Shown piece by piece: positions 27,910 through 41,787 of a stretch of 64,000 nt of DNA. A program made the position numbers and the translations under genes. Below the pieces are notes generated by a model, which was given only the letters and a program-made list of their open reading frames with translations, was not told where the DNA came from and did no database searches. Source of the DNA: the human T2T-CHM13v2.0 reference genome, Homo sapiens; NCBI RefSeq assembly GCF_009914755.1, contig NC_060936.1. One strand, given 5' to 3'. Every line of letters starts with the position of its first letter. Positions within the stretch are counted from its first letter, which is position 1.

Positions 27910-28140
27910 TAGAACATGGACTCTTGAATAAGACATCTCAGTTCAATTCCTGGTGCTCCTTCTTCCTAAATGTGTGATCTTGGACAAGCTACTTAACCTC
28001 TCTGTCTCTCTGTTTCCTCATGTGTTGAATGGAGATAATAATAGTACCAACTTCATTTTAGTGTTGATACATTCATACTCCTTAGAATAGCATCTGGCAC
28101 CTAGAAATTTTCCAACAAATAAAACCAATTATTATTATTT
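27910..28140 (+). mobile_element. MIR
   Basis: tgtgtgatcttggacaagctacttaacctctctg...gtttcctca core. Confidence 0.8.
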
Positions 28141-28855
28141 GCACCAAAGTTTATTTAATAAATATCTTATATTTAGCTTGTTTTCAACTACATAAATTTT
28201 TGTGTGTTTCTCACAATTTTTAAGATGCAGTTCTAGAGATGTGACTACTGATCCATGGAATGCATATTTTTCAGATTTAATGGCAACCACTAGCAGTGTG
28301 TGAAAATATCCCTTTAAGACTTTAACAATTCTTAAGGTTCCTTATTAGCAACTGTTACTTTGGAATATTGAGATGTCATGAAGAGAACTAGACTTAGAAT
28401 ATGAAAATTTGAATTATAGTTTGAGTTCTACCCACAATGCTGGCTGAGGTAACTTTAAAAAATAAGTAATTTGTGCTTAGCCTCAGTTTCCTTAACCTTA
28501 TAGAAAGTTGTCAGGCTTAAATAAGGTGAAACTTTTCTTTTATTGAGCAAGTACTGTACTTCAAGACCTTTTTGCATGTTATCTCAACCCATGGGACGAC
28601 CATGAAGAGATATTTTAACCTTTCCTTTATAAATGTGGTTGTTGAGGCCCTGTGAAGTTTAATAACTTTTTAGTAATCACAGGTGCTTTTCTGTCTCCTG
28701 AAGCCCACGATCTTAAAACACTCTAAAAGAGTGTGTCATTTTATTATTATCTTCTATAAAGGTTTTGCTATTTTTCCTATCGTGACTGCCACTTCCAGGA
28801 TAAGACCACTGGAGGGCAGCAGAAAACTTTGTAACATTTTATACCACTCAGTCTA

Positions 28856-29075
28856 AAAGAGGGAGAACAGAAAAGGGAATGGGGCAGGGAGCAGGAAGGG
28901 GGATAGAAAGAGAGAGAGAGAGGGAGAAAGATAGAGGGAGAGAGGGAGAGAGAGTGAGGGGGAGAGCAAAAGAGAAGGGGAGCGAGAGAGTGGGGAGGGG
29001 AGGGGAGAGAGAGAAGGTAGGGAGAGAGAGAGAAGGTGGGGAGAGAGAGAGAAAGAGAGAGACAGAGAGAGAGAA
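28856..29075 (+). repeat. GA-rich polypurine low-complexity tract
   Basis: About 220 nt, nearly all A/G. Confidence 0.95.
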
Positions 29076-29969
29076 CCATCAGTGAAAACAACTGGGGTAG
29101 GGAAAAGCTCAAGTTCTGGTGTATATGTGAACATATTTGAATTAAAATGAAAAGTTAAGTTTTCTGATTGTTTGGAGTCAATAAAAAGTCATCTTTTGCC
29201 TTAAGGGCTATCTTATTAAGATTCTCATGTAATAATTTAATATTAGTTAATTTAGAGTTTGGGGTGCATTCAGTTATCATTTAATGATACCCAGTTCTTC
29301 AAAATGCAGCCTATTTGTGCTGTCTTGATGGGTTGGGATATAAGTTTTGAAGTAGCACAGACCTTGTGTTGGAATTTTACTTCCATCACTTCCTACCTTT
29401 GTGAGTTGGAACAAATTACACTAATTCTCAGTTGCATTTTCTTCATATGTAAAAGTAGACATGGTAACACCAGTCTTGCAGGGTTCTGTTGACAATGAAA
29501 TGAAAGACCAACAACTCATAGGGTGTCCAACACAGTGAAAGTTAACTTTATTTTTTTTTTTAAGCAGCTGTTTAAGAAGAGGTTTCGCTAATTTTCCAGA
29601 TCTATTTTCTGGAATAAATTCTAGATATTCTAGACTATTCTAAACCTTCTTTCAGAGAATGGGTTGCAGTACTCACTAGAGGGCCTTTCCCAGGGAGGAA
29701 ACTTATCTTCTGTTACCGTCCTTGAGGTTTGGCAATGACCTTTAGTAGTTCCTGTTTGGATCTTGTTGAACTCCTTCAGATCTGTGTCTAAATTTAATAG
29801 GAGTGTTTTATTGCCAGAAGTACTTGTTAGTCACAGGAAAGTTGTTTGATAGTGACCCCATAATTTGGTAGGCAGAATGGGTTTGAGTTATCTACGTTTT
29901 AACTTATCAGTTCCTTCTTAACTCTTAACACTCTTACAGAAGTGAGCAAAGCTCCCTCAGTTATTTCAC

Positions 29970-30510
29970 ATTTTTATAACTTTTTATTTAGATAACATTT
30001 CATGCTTACACAAAAGGTGCAAGAGTAGAAGGAATTTCGATACACTCTCCAAATTAATCAGTTGTTAATATTTTACCCCAATTGCTCTATCATTCTCTCT
30101 TTTTTTAAACAACTTGAGAATAAATTGCAAATATCATGCTCTTTTACCCTTAAATACCTCAGCATTTATTTCATAAAACAGGGACATTCTCTTATATAAC
30201 CACAGTTAATTACAAATATCATTTATATAATATCGTTATCTAATCCATAGTTCATAGTCAAATTTATTAACTGTTCCTATAATGTCCTTTATGTCTCGTC
30301 CCAGGATCACAATTTGCACTTAGTTGTCAAGTCTCTGTAGTCTCTTTAAGCTGCAATACTTCCTCAGTGTTTATTGTGCCTTTTGACCTTGGCAGGTTTG
30401 AGAAGCATTGGCCAGTTATTTTGTGGAATGTCTGTCAACTGGGGCTTGCACATTATTTCCTGGTAATTAGATTCAGATTATGCAGTTCTGGCAGGGAAAT
30501 CACAGGGAGA
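29970..30510 (-). mobile_element. Old L1M (L1MC-like) 3' fragment
   Basis: ttttacccttaaatacctcagc...gacattctcttatataaccacag motifs. Confidence 0.65.
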
Positions 30511-33500
30511 AGTTTTACCATTCTCAGGAGACATTTGCATCTATTGTTTCAATACCTTTTGCAATAATAGTTATTAAAGCAATTGCTTTATTATAGTATC
30601 TGGTTGCTTGGTTATATGTTGATCATCAGATTATGTTATTTACCCTTTCTTTTTCTCACCTTTTTCTTTAAAAGCATAGGATCTTAGTGTCAGGAAAGAG
30701 CTTTGTTTTCCTTATCGTCATCCCCAACACTCCTCTGTGAATTTCCTCAACATTGTTGACAGAGCAACTTCTGCTGCATGTGCTCTCACAACGGCTAACA
30801 TTCTGTAAGTGTTTGTTGAATGAATGAGTGAATGAATAAATGCTTCCAAATTTCAGTAGCTTGGGTACCATCCCCAAGAAGGCCATTTATTCTGGGAGAG
30901 ATAGAGCAGAATTCCTAGTGGTGCATAGGAGGTTCTGAGGCCCAGGCTCACAGAAAAGACATTTGCCCAAGGACTATGCCTGAGTCTATCCAAATCCTGG
31001 GGACACAATGGGCAGCAGAAGATCTGACATAACTCAGGGACCGTCTCAACCCTTGGGTAGAGCAGAGTGATTGGGAATACAGGGTAAGGGAGTAGCCATC
31101 CTTTCACACATTTGAAAATGATATATTTGCTGAACATGAGCTGTGCATGATGCTCTGGGGATTCAGCCATAACCAACCAGATATGGTCCCAGCTCTCTAG
31201 GAACTTAGATCTGTTCAATTTTGAAAGTCAGCTCATGGTAACGGGGCCTAGCAGTCAGGAGGAGATTCTGAAAAAAAGCTCCATTTCCCAAAGGGAATTT
31301 AAAAAAAGAGAGTACTAGTCACATTAATTCACTAGAGAATGGGGATTAGAAATGGGTTCTTAATTTCCAAATCATCAATTTTTAGTGGAGAGTAGAAGCT
31401 CTAAAATTTTCGAGGCATCGTCAGGACTAAGAGAACTGGAAGTTACTTACATATCTAGGGAGGAGCTGTGATCCCAGATAAGTCTGGGATCACGTTCCTC
31501 GATGAAAAGAGCAGTGACTGAGAGGACCCAGCATCCAATGCCCAGGCACCAGGCCCGGCTCCCACTGAGGCATGAGGGCTTGTGAGGCTGCACGTGAGGC
31601 CGTCTGCACACAGGGCAGGACTGAGCTTTTAGAGGTGGAATGAGTGGGCGCATCTATGGGAAACAGGATGGCAGAAACGAGAGATTAAGCAAGGAAGAGC
31701 AGCACAAAAAAATTTGTGTGTGTGTGTGTGCACATGTATGTGTGACAATATATCTTTTTTTTGGGGGGGCAAGTATTGCTTCAAAATCTGGAGTTTTCTA
31801 TTGCATTGTGTTCCTCTATTTTCAGCATCTCCCCCACTTTGGCATTCATTTTGGTGGAATCCTTGGTTGTTTCTCATGTACGTTGAGCTTGCTAAGCAGA
31901 CCAAGGTTTCCCACCACTGGCAGCAGCAATTCTCTGTGTTCCATGGATTAGTGGTTGTAAATTTACTTCTACACTTAAGTTAGCGCCCAGGCTTAATTTG
32001 AAGTTAAGCTACTTCTCTTTGGTTATAATGGCTTTATATTAAATAATCCTTTGTTTATACATTTCTATTTTGTTCACTAAGAGACAACAAACTGAAGGCC
32101 TTTTTACCAGGTTTTTTATCTGCACCCTGTAGTCAAACCCCTTCTTTCATTTCCATGTGTCTCTACTATACTGGACAGAGGGGCACAATTCAGGGAAGAT
32201 GGACCTTGCTTTTCTCTGGATAGATCATGGTGAGTAAATGCTTCGTGTGGCTCAGAAGTCTGCCTTTTGAAGGTTTTCTAACTTATTATCCTGCCAAACA
32301 TAATAGCTCTTGCCCCACTCCCTATTTTCCCTGGATCACAAGCTACTCCCTAGAAATAAAGTTAACTTTTAGCATCTTCTGTCTGACTGTATCTTGAACA
32401 ATTTGTAGCTTCTATTCATTACTAGAAATTGATGGCTTTTCTCCTCCACTCAGCTGTAGCTTCTTTGTGAAGGAAAACATAGCCTGGCTTCACTGTCTGT
32501 TACTGTTCCTGGGGAGGTGGGAAGAGTGAGCTACCTTTTTATGGATACGGTGGGTTCTAAATTTGTACTATAGCTGTTCTCCTCTTAGCTTCCATGAGTA
32601 TCTGGAGTTAAATCCATTCTACCAGTTTAATGATTGATTTTCTTTAAAAAACTCTCATCTACTTGAGAAATTAATATTACATTCATAAACATAAAATTGA
32701 TCATATTCTTATAAAATTCATAACGCTGGCTTCCTGCTAACAGAGATTTTGCTCCTCCCTTGCTACGAGACATGTTACAATCTTCTTGCATTGACTAATA
32801 ATGAATGGTACAAACATAAATCACACTTCTCTAATCACTACTTTTTTGTTTTTACTGACTGGAGGGGAAAATGTTTCAGTCCACCTTACCCCAAAGGTAA
32901 TAACATATCAAATAACACTTACTACATCAGTTTCATTGAATCCAAATTCATTCACTATTATTTAGAATGTTTCTGGTCTGCGGGGGCCAAGTCTCTCTCA
33001 CTGCTCTTTTCTAATGTTTGAAGATGCTATTCTGTTCTTCCAAGTTTTCCCTTTCCAGACTCAACATTCTGACTCAACTTTTCCTCAGAGAGCACAGTTT
33101 CCAGACTATCATCCTGGCCATCTTTCTCTTTCTGAATTCCAGTAAGCCCATGACCCTTGTAAAATACAGCAACGAGACACTCCACATGTGTCTAATCTGT
33201 GGGACTAAAGGCTTCCTTTGTTCTGAACACTTTGCTTCCACTGATGTTATTATAACCTAAGGCAAAGCAGCTTTTTTGGGGGCAATTATGTCATACTTTG
33301 ACTCACTGAATTTGCACGTGATAGAAATCATAAGTCATTACCATATGAACTTCTATTAGTAAGTCAACTCTCACCAATTCTATGCACCTGTAAAGTTGAA
33401 GTAGATTTATCAAGCCCAATTTTAGAACCTTACATTTATGCATATTAAGTCTCTTTATTTTAACCTGTCAAGCACTTCATGAATCTTAATATGAAGTATA

Positions 33501-35080
33501 TTAGCAATAACTCTTGGTTTAGTTTCATGAAAGAAAACCAGAATACTCTTCTTTTCATATCTTCATTCCAAACCTTAAAATATTAAAATTAGCACAGGAC
33601 TCAGTAGCGACTGCTGGCCGTGACAATAAGAATTTCCTTTTAGATTGAAAATGATGCATTTTAAAGCTCTTTTTAGTTATCGATCAACCAGTTCTGCTTA
33701 ACCAGGTTTGAACACATAATTCTGCTAATATCTTAATTAGGAAATTCAACTTGTCAGTTGAATTCTAAAGACATTTTTGGTTTAGCATGCATAATTTAAA
33801 AAATATTTGTATGCCCTCAGGTAGTCAAGCATTCTTCATGTACTCATAATTCACACCTTTCACCCTTAGACTCGTTTGATCATGTATATTCTCCGCCTGG
33901 ACTTTGTAGGCATTTGAGTTTGCCAGCCGTATCCGAATCATTCCACTTAGGATATAGAAACCTTTAAAGCATGTCACCCCTAGCCTAAAAATGAGAGGAA
34001 AAGCTATATAACTTATAAAATCACAAATTTTCTTGAATCTATGAAAAAGCCGAGGTCACAAGACAACCAGGTTAACTGAATTTCAGAGGGCAACAGGCCC
34101 TCTGAGGAGAGATGGGGCACATGAATTGCTACATCTTTGTGGGAGTAGAGGAGAAAGGGGCAGCTGTCTTAAGAGTGGGTAAAAAATAAGCAGCCAAAAT
34201 TTTAACAAATTCTTAAAGGTCCAGTGTAGGCTAGTGCGACAGTTCAGAATCTTCTAGAGATCTAGACTCAAGAAGAATAGACACTCATTCTCAAATCCTT
34301 TTCCATAAGCCTCCATGGGGAATTCACAAGAAAGACTGGAGACAGGACAGGAGACCTGAGAGATTCCTTCTCTGAGATGAAAGCAGGTACAAAGCCTTCG
34401 CTGTTCTGTCTCTGCTGTTATTTGAAGCAAAAGCCATGTGCCCTGGGGGGAGGGTGAAGGGCACTTGTCTGGTTCAGGAACCTGCAATCAAACAAAGCAC
34501 AGAGGTCAGCCATCACCAGGGCAGAGTAGAAACTCTCCATGCAAGACCTTTCTTAGACACAAGGCAGAATTTGCTGCAGGGATGAGAAGGGAAGATGGAG
34601 GAAGGGGAGGAGTACTGAGAAAGCCCCAGGCCATGGCCCAGGCACAAGAGTCCTTCCTTAGTTTGAGGCTATACCAGGGAAACCCCTTGCCCTGCCTTAC
34701 AACAAGCCTGGCAGCAAGTAACAAGCAAGAAACACTAGACTACTGCAGAGGGAGGTGCATGTCTGTGGAGGGGCATGCTGGGCCTGCTGCAAGCTGAACA
34801 CAGAACAGAAACAGAGAAAAGCCCTCAGGTGTCTCAGACTCCACAATAGACACAAGGTAAAAGCAACCCACAGCTGGAGGAATTTGAAGTTGTGGTGCAC
34901 TGAAGGCAACTAGAGCCAAACAAAACCCAAACCCAGCTCAACTACTGACTAGCTTGACTCAACTCCCATACTAATTGCCTGAAAGAAGAAGATATGTGTC
35001 TGTTTCAGGGTATAGATACCACTTACCTCAGTCTTTATTGTTTTTCTATGCACAGCATGCAACATTCAATAACGAATTAT

Positions 35081-35381
35081 GGGCTGGGAGTTATAGCTCA
35101 TGCCTGTAATCCCAGCACTTTGGGAGGCCAAGACAGGAGGATGGCTTTAGGTCAGGAATTTGAGATCAGCTTGGATAACATAGTAAGACTCCATCTTTGC
35201 AATAAAATTAAAAATTAGCCAGGCTTGGTGGCATACACCTGTGGTCCCAGCTACTTGAGAGGCCAAGGCAGGAGGATCCGTTGAGCTCAAGAAGTCAAGG
35301 CTTCAGTGAGCTATGATCACACCACTGCACTTCAACCTGAGTGACAGAGTAAGACCCTATCTCAAAAAAAAAAAAAAAAAA
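35081..35381 (+). mobile_element. AluJ
   Basis: Alu consensus with poly-A tail. Confidence 0.93.
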
Positions 35382-35748
35382 TTACACTCACACAAAAATG
35401 AGACAAACAATCCATTGTCAAGAGATAAAGCAATCCACAGAACCATACTGGAGACATTAGACAGGGACTTTAAAATGACTATGATTGATGGGTTAAAGTC
35501 AGTATGAAAGTTTGTCAAATGCTTTCCTAAAATCTAGACTTAACATATCCTAATTTTCCTAAAGCAGTTGACATTTTAAGAATCGGTATCCATAGTTGTG
35601 GCCATTTTTTTTTTTTTTAACTTCTTGGAGTCTACTTCATTAGAAACTGGTCTATAATATCTATTAACTTAAATTTCTTCATGATAATCATCATGTTTGC
35701 TTAATTCTCCAGGTAACACAAAACAAACAAAAGATTCACACCAGGTCT

Positions 35749-36120
35749 CCCCTTCTCCTTCTCCTTCTCCCACTCCCACTCCCCCTCCCAGTCCCACAAC
35801 CCCTCCCCCTCCCCCTCCTCCTCCTCCTTCTTCTTTTTGAGATAGGGTCTTGCTTTGTCACCCAGGCTGGAGTGCAGAGATGTGATCACAGCTCACTGCA
35901 GCCTCGACTGGGCCTCAAGTAATTCCCTCACCTCAGCCTCCCAAGTAGCTAGGACTACAGGCACATGCCACTATTCCCAGCTGATTTTTAAATTTTTTGT
36001 AGAGATGGAGTCTCACTCTGCTGTCCAGCCTGGTCTTGAGCTCCTGGGCTCAAGTGATCCTCCCACCTCAGCCTCCCAAACTACTGGGATTACAGGGGTG
36101 AGCCACTGCATTGGGCCCAG
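35749..36120 (-). mobile_element. AluJ whose tail is expanded into a GA/G-rich repeat
   Basis: Alu body 35835-36120; TSD accaggtct at about 35740 and 36121. Confidence 0.9.
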
Positions 36121-37369
36121 ACCAGGTCTTCTGACTCCAGTCAATGATGATTTGCATGAAACTACACTATAGTTAGCTGTAGGTGATTCTCCAGAACAAT
36201 ACTAACCGCAGCTAATATTTACTGCTATTAATATTTACATCAGATATTGTGCTAAATATTGTACATGTTTTATCTCATTCAATTCCCCAACTACCCTTTT
36301 TTTTAATAGTATAATCAATACTCTAAGTGCTGATGAACTGAGGATTAAAGCAACTAAAATAACTTTCAGCCTTCTTACCCTGTCTCTGTTGTCTCTTGTT
36401 TTCCATATCCTTTGTTGGGATGAGGTGAGTGGGAAGCTGTTTGTCCCTTTTGTCCTCACTACCCTGACCTGGTTGATGAGCCCACATGCTCTGAAATTTA
36501 TTTTCTGGAAGTGGTGGTACTGGCTTGTTTCTTTTCTAGCTGGCCAACTTTTCTATGTTTGGTTCTTGTTCACATAAACTGCAGGACCTAGTGGCTCTTT
36601 TCTGATTAAGTTTACTTTTCTGAATTTGACAGCTCAAGTTATAGACCCTCATGTGCAGGGTTTATGATTCTCTGCTCCAGTCTAGATGAATTCCAGACAT
36701 GGTTTTAGCACCTCTCGGTCAGCCCTATAGTCTTGATCCTCAATAAAATTATCTTTTTCAAGTCCCTGCATGATCAAAGGATGCAGTTGTTTAGGAGATG
36801 GGCAGATTTAGGCTTCAATCCTGATTCTACTTTTTCTAGTCCAACGACTTTGAGCATATTATTTAACATCTCTAAGTCTAGCTTACACTTTGGAAAATGG
36901 AGATAACATTATCCGTCTCAAATGGTCATTAGAACTGAATGATTAAAGTTTGTAAAGTGTTTAGGACAGTGTCTATTACTACCTAGAGAGTGCTCACTAA
37001 ATGGCAATTATTATTGTTGTTTTTAATATTATGATTATTATTCTTTAGAAGGAAGTTGGCTAGACCCAAATTGATACATTCAGTGTTCTTGGCCTTATAG
37101 GCCAATTAGTCAATCAAATCAGTCACAATCATCTAAATGCACAACAGTTTCTTGACAAATGTACCTCACTTTTCATATATCCATGTTTTCAGTTGAATTT
37201 AATAGTTGAGTGGCTGCCTAGCAAAGACTTTGGGGAGTGGGTAGATGGGAAAGAGATTTAAGTATCAGATGAGAGGCCTTTAGGATTTTTTTTCAAATTT
37301 AAATAAAGGTCCTTTTTTAAAAAAAAGATTTAAATTATGTAATTCTTTTTAGTTGCAACTGCTTGTGTT

Positions 37370-37626
37370 TTGGATTTTTTTGTTTGTTTATTTATTTTTA
37401 GAGACACGGTCTCTGTTGCCAAGCTCTAGTGTAGCAGTGTGATTGTAGCTAACTGCAGCCTTGAATTCTCAAGCCATCTTCCCTCCTCAGCTGCCAAAGT
37501 AGCTGGAACAACAGGCACGCACCACGCCCAGCTAATTTTTCTATTATCTTGTAAAGATCTGGTCTTGCTGTGTTGCCTCAGCCTCCCAAAGTGCTGTGCT
37601 TATGGGCATGAGCCCTGCACTGGGCT
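37370..37626 (-). mobile_element. Degraded, internally deleted AluJ
   Basis: gagacacggtctctgttgcc...gcctcccaaagtgctg. Confidence 0.85.
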
Positions 37627-39051
37627 GCTTACCAGTTTTTATTGTTCATTTTTCCTTTTTTAAGCAAGCATGGATATTATTAAGAATTATTTTTTTAATA
37701 GAAGAAAATACCTATAAAATTTTTTGTACATTTCTCAAGTTGATGGTTTGTAAATTCAATGGATGTTTAACATATTTAATTATAAAAATGTTACTTGAAA
37801 GACAGCATGTTATTGTCCAAATGTAGAGAACAGTTAGAATGATATTTTAGCTGAAATATAATGTAAGTTTTCTGGACTTGGTGTGGGGTTTTATTGCATC
37901 ATTTATATCTCTTTTTTTCCTTAATTAAAAAAATATGCCTTTAGATGTTGTTTCAGACTGGGAGATCTTTGGGTAAAACTTTAATTGCTGTCAAGGAAAA
38001 CATAGTTTTCTGGCCAACTTAATATAGCCACACGGTTCTACATTCATGTGAGTTTGTGTACAAAAGCAGAACTGTACTGTAGTATTGAGAAAGGAAAATT
38101 TTGGTCAAGCTGCTCCTTCTGGATCTTGACCGCAGTTACACAAACATTGAAATTTTGTGACTAATGGCCAGGAAAACAGCATCGTTTACATATTGGCCCA
38201 GCGGAACAGTTTACTATAATTCTGTCAATAATTTGAATTGCAAGTTTCCAGAGCCAGTAGGGGCAGAAGAGCTGGGCAGCTAAGCACATGATCTTCTCTA
38301 CTTGCTCACTCATGCCTGACGTCCCCTAAACCAAACAGGGGCTAGGCTTTCAGGGTATAGCTAGAGAGGAATCTTACATGGCAATTATCTACGGAAAAAG
38401 TCATACATGGACTTTCATGTATCAGGGTACACATGACTGATTGCAGATTACTCCCAAAGGAGATTTTTTTACTGGGGTATAAATCAAAGGGGCTGGCACA
38501 AGGTTACTTTATACCTGCAAGTAATGGATGGTGGTGAAAGGAAGAGCAAAGAAAAGGGAAATGAGAGACACTAGAAAAACAAACTTATTTTAGTATTTTA
38601 CCTTCAATTACTTCTTTGTATAATGAAGAGTTTCCCATTCTCACATTTAGTTTAAAAGTGTTGGATTTTTAGAAAATATGGAGATACAGAAATTAATACA
38701 TTTTTCACATTTCTGTGTATTACATGTAAGAAACTTCTATTTTAAAGACTGGTGTTAGAAGTTAAAACAACAAAAAAGGAAATGATTTATGTTCTGCTAA
38801 CAAGTGGTTGATGTGTATATTTTTATAAGTTCTATACCAAGAAGTATGTAGTAGTGTAGATAAAAATATCTAACCTAGCTCCAGAACTCTTTTTATACAT
38901 ATTTTCTTCTTTCATATACTAAATATACACTTAGCAGTTTAAAAATTCTCATCATTATTCAATTTAATCTTCATAGTAACCTAAAAGGTAGTTAGAATAG
39001 ACACTATTTGCCCTATTTTCCAGGTAAGGAAATTGAGGGCAAATAGGCTAA

Positions 39052-39363
<312 letters not shown>

Positions 39364-40084
39364 TGACTGTTAAGAAACACATAACTAGTATGTGTTAGGA
39401 CTATGTGTAAGACTCACATCTACTCTCTAGTGTCTTTAAGCCCAGTTTCTTTCTTTCTTTTTTTTTATTTCCAACTTTTATTTTAAGTTCAGGGTACCTG
39501 TGCAGTATTGTTACATAGGTAAACATGTGCCATGGTGGTCTGCGGCACAGATCATCCCATCTTAATACCTGGGCTTAACACCCAGCTATTAAGTCCAGCA
39601 TCCATTAGCTATTCTTCCTGATCCTCTCCCTTCTTCCATCCCTGCCCTTTGACAGGCTTCACTGTGTGTTGTTCCTTCCATGTGTCCATGTGTTCTCATT
39701 ATTTGGCTCCCACTTATAAGTGAGAACATGCAGTGTTTGGTTTTCTGTTCCTGTATTAGTTTGCTAAGGATAAAGGCCTCTAGCACCATCCATGACATCC
39801 AAAAGACACGATCTCATTCCTTTTTATGGCTGCATAGTATTCCATGGTGTATATGTACCACATTTTCTTTATCCAGTCTATCATTGATGGGCATTTAGGT
39901 TGATTCCATGTTTTTGCTATTGTGAATAGTGCTGCAATGAACATATGCATGTAAGGTCTTTATAGGAGAATGGTTTATATTCCTTTGGAACTATACCTGG
40001 CAAGAGGATTGCTGGGTGGAATGGTGTTTCTGCCTCTAGATCTTTAAGGAATCACCACACTGTGTTCCACAATGGTTGAACTAA

Positions 40085-40364
40085 TTTTTTTTTTTCTTTT
40101 TTTTGAGACAGAGTCTTGCTTTGTCACTCAGGCTGGAGTGCATTGGTGCAATTTGGGCTCACTGCAGTCTTCACCTCCCAGGTTCAAGTAATTCTTGTGC
40201 CTCAGCTGGTCACCACCATGCCCGGCTAATTTTCATATTTTTAGTAGAGATGCAGTTTCGCCATGTTGGCCAGGCTGGTCTCCAACTCCTGATCTCAGGT
40301 GATCCACCCGCCTTGGCCTCCCAAAGTGCTGGGATTACAGGCGTAAGCCACTGTGCCCAGCCTG
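40085..40364 (-). mobile_element. AluS nested in the outer L1
   Basis: TSD tggttgaactaattt. Confidence 0.95.
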
Positions 40365-40815
40365 GTTGAACTAATTTACACTCCCATCAACAGTGAGTGT
40401 TCATTTTTCTCCACAAACTTGCCAGCATCTGTTGCTTTTTGACTTTTCAATAACAGCCATTCTGACTGGTGTGAGATGATGTCTCATTGTGATTTTGATT
40501 TGCATTTCTCTAGTGATCAGTGATGTTGAGGTTTTTTCATATATTTGTTGGCCGCATGTATGTCTTCCTTTGAGATGTGTCTGTTCATGTCCTTCTCCCA
40601 CTTTTTATGGGGTTGTCTTTTTAATGTAAGTTTAAGTTCCTTATAGATCCTGGATATTAGACCTTTGTTAGATGGATAGATTGCAAAATTTTTCCCCATT
40701 CTGTAGGTTGTCTGTTTACTCTGTTGATAGTTTGTCAATTTTTGTTTTTGTTGCAATTGCTTTTTGCATCTTCATCATGAAATCTTTGCCCATGCCTATG
40801 TCCTGAATGGTATTA

Positions 40816-40953
<138 letters not shown>

Positions 40954-41697
40954 TCATTTATTAAATAGGGAATCCTTTCCCCACTACTTGCTTTTGTCGG
41001 GTTTGTCAAAGATTAGATCATTGTAGGTGTGTGGTCCTATTTCTGGGTTCTCTATTCTGTTCCATTGGTCCCTGTGTCTGTTCTTGTACCAGAACCATGC
41101 TATTTTGGTTACTGTAGCTCTGTAGTATAGTTTGAAGTCATGTCGTGTGATGCTTCCAGGTTTGTTCTTTTTGTTCTCTTTTGCTTAGGATTGTCTTGGC
41201 TATCGGGCTTTTTTTGGGGTTCCATATGAATTTTAAAATAGTTTTTTTCTAATTCTGAGAAGAATGTCAATGGTAGTTTAATGGGAATAGTATTGAATCT
41301 ATAAATGCCTTTGAGCAGTATGGCCATTTTCACACTATTGATTCTTCCTGTCTGTGAGCATGGAATATGTTTTCATTTGTATCATCTCAGATTTCTCTGA
41401 GCAGTGGTTTGTAGTTCTCTTTGAAGAAGTCCTTCACTTCCCTTTTTCACTGTATTCCTAGGTATTTTATTCTTTTTGTGGCAATTGTGAATGGGAGTTC
41501 ATTCGTGATTTGGGTCTCAGCATACCTGTTGTTGATGTCTAGAAATGCTGTCAATTTTTGCACATGGATTTTGTATCCTGAGACTTTGCTGAAGTTGCTT
41601 ATTAGCTTTAAAAGCTTTTGGGCTGAGATAATAGGGTTTTCTAGATATAGAATCATGCCATCTACACACAAAGATAGTTTGACTTCCTCTCTTGCTA

Positions 41698-41787
<90 letters not shown>

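Noticed and set aside
28777-29134. Ser/Leu/Pro-rich and Arg/Glu/Gly-rich ORFs
   Set aside because: Translation artefacts of the GA low-complexity tract
31400-31700. Mildly CpG-rich patch with AGATAA and CACGTG, a possible enhancer
   Set aside because: Too few motifs to distinguish from chance without chromatin data
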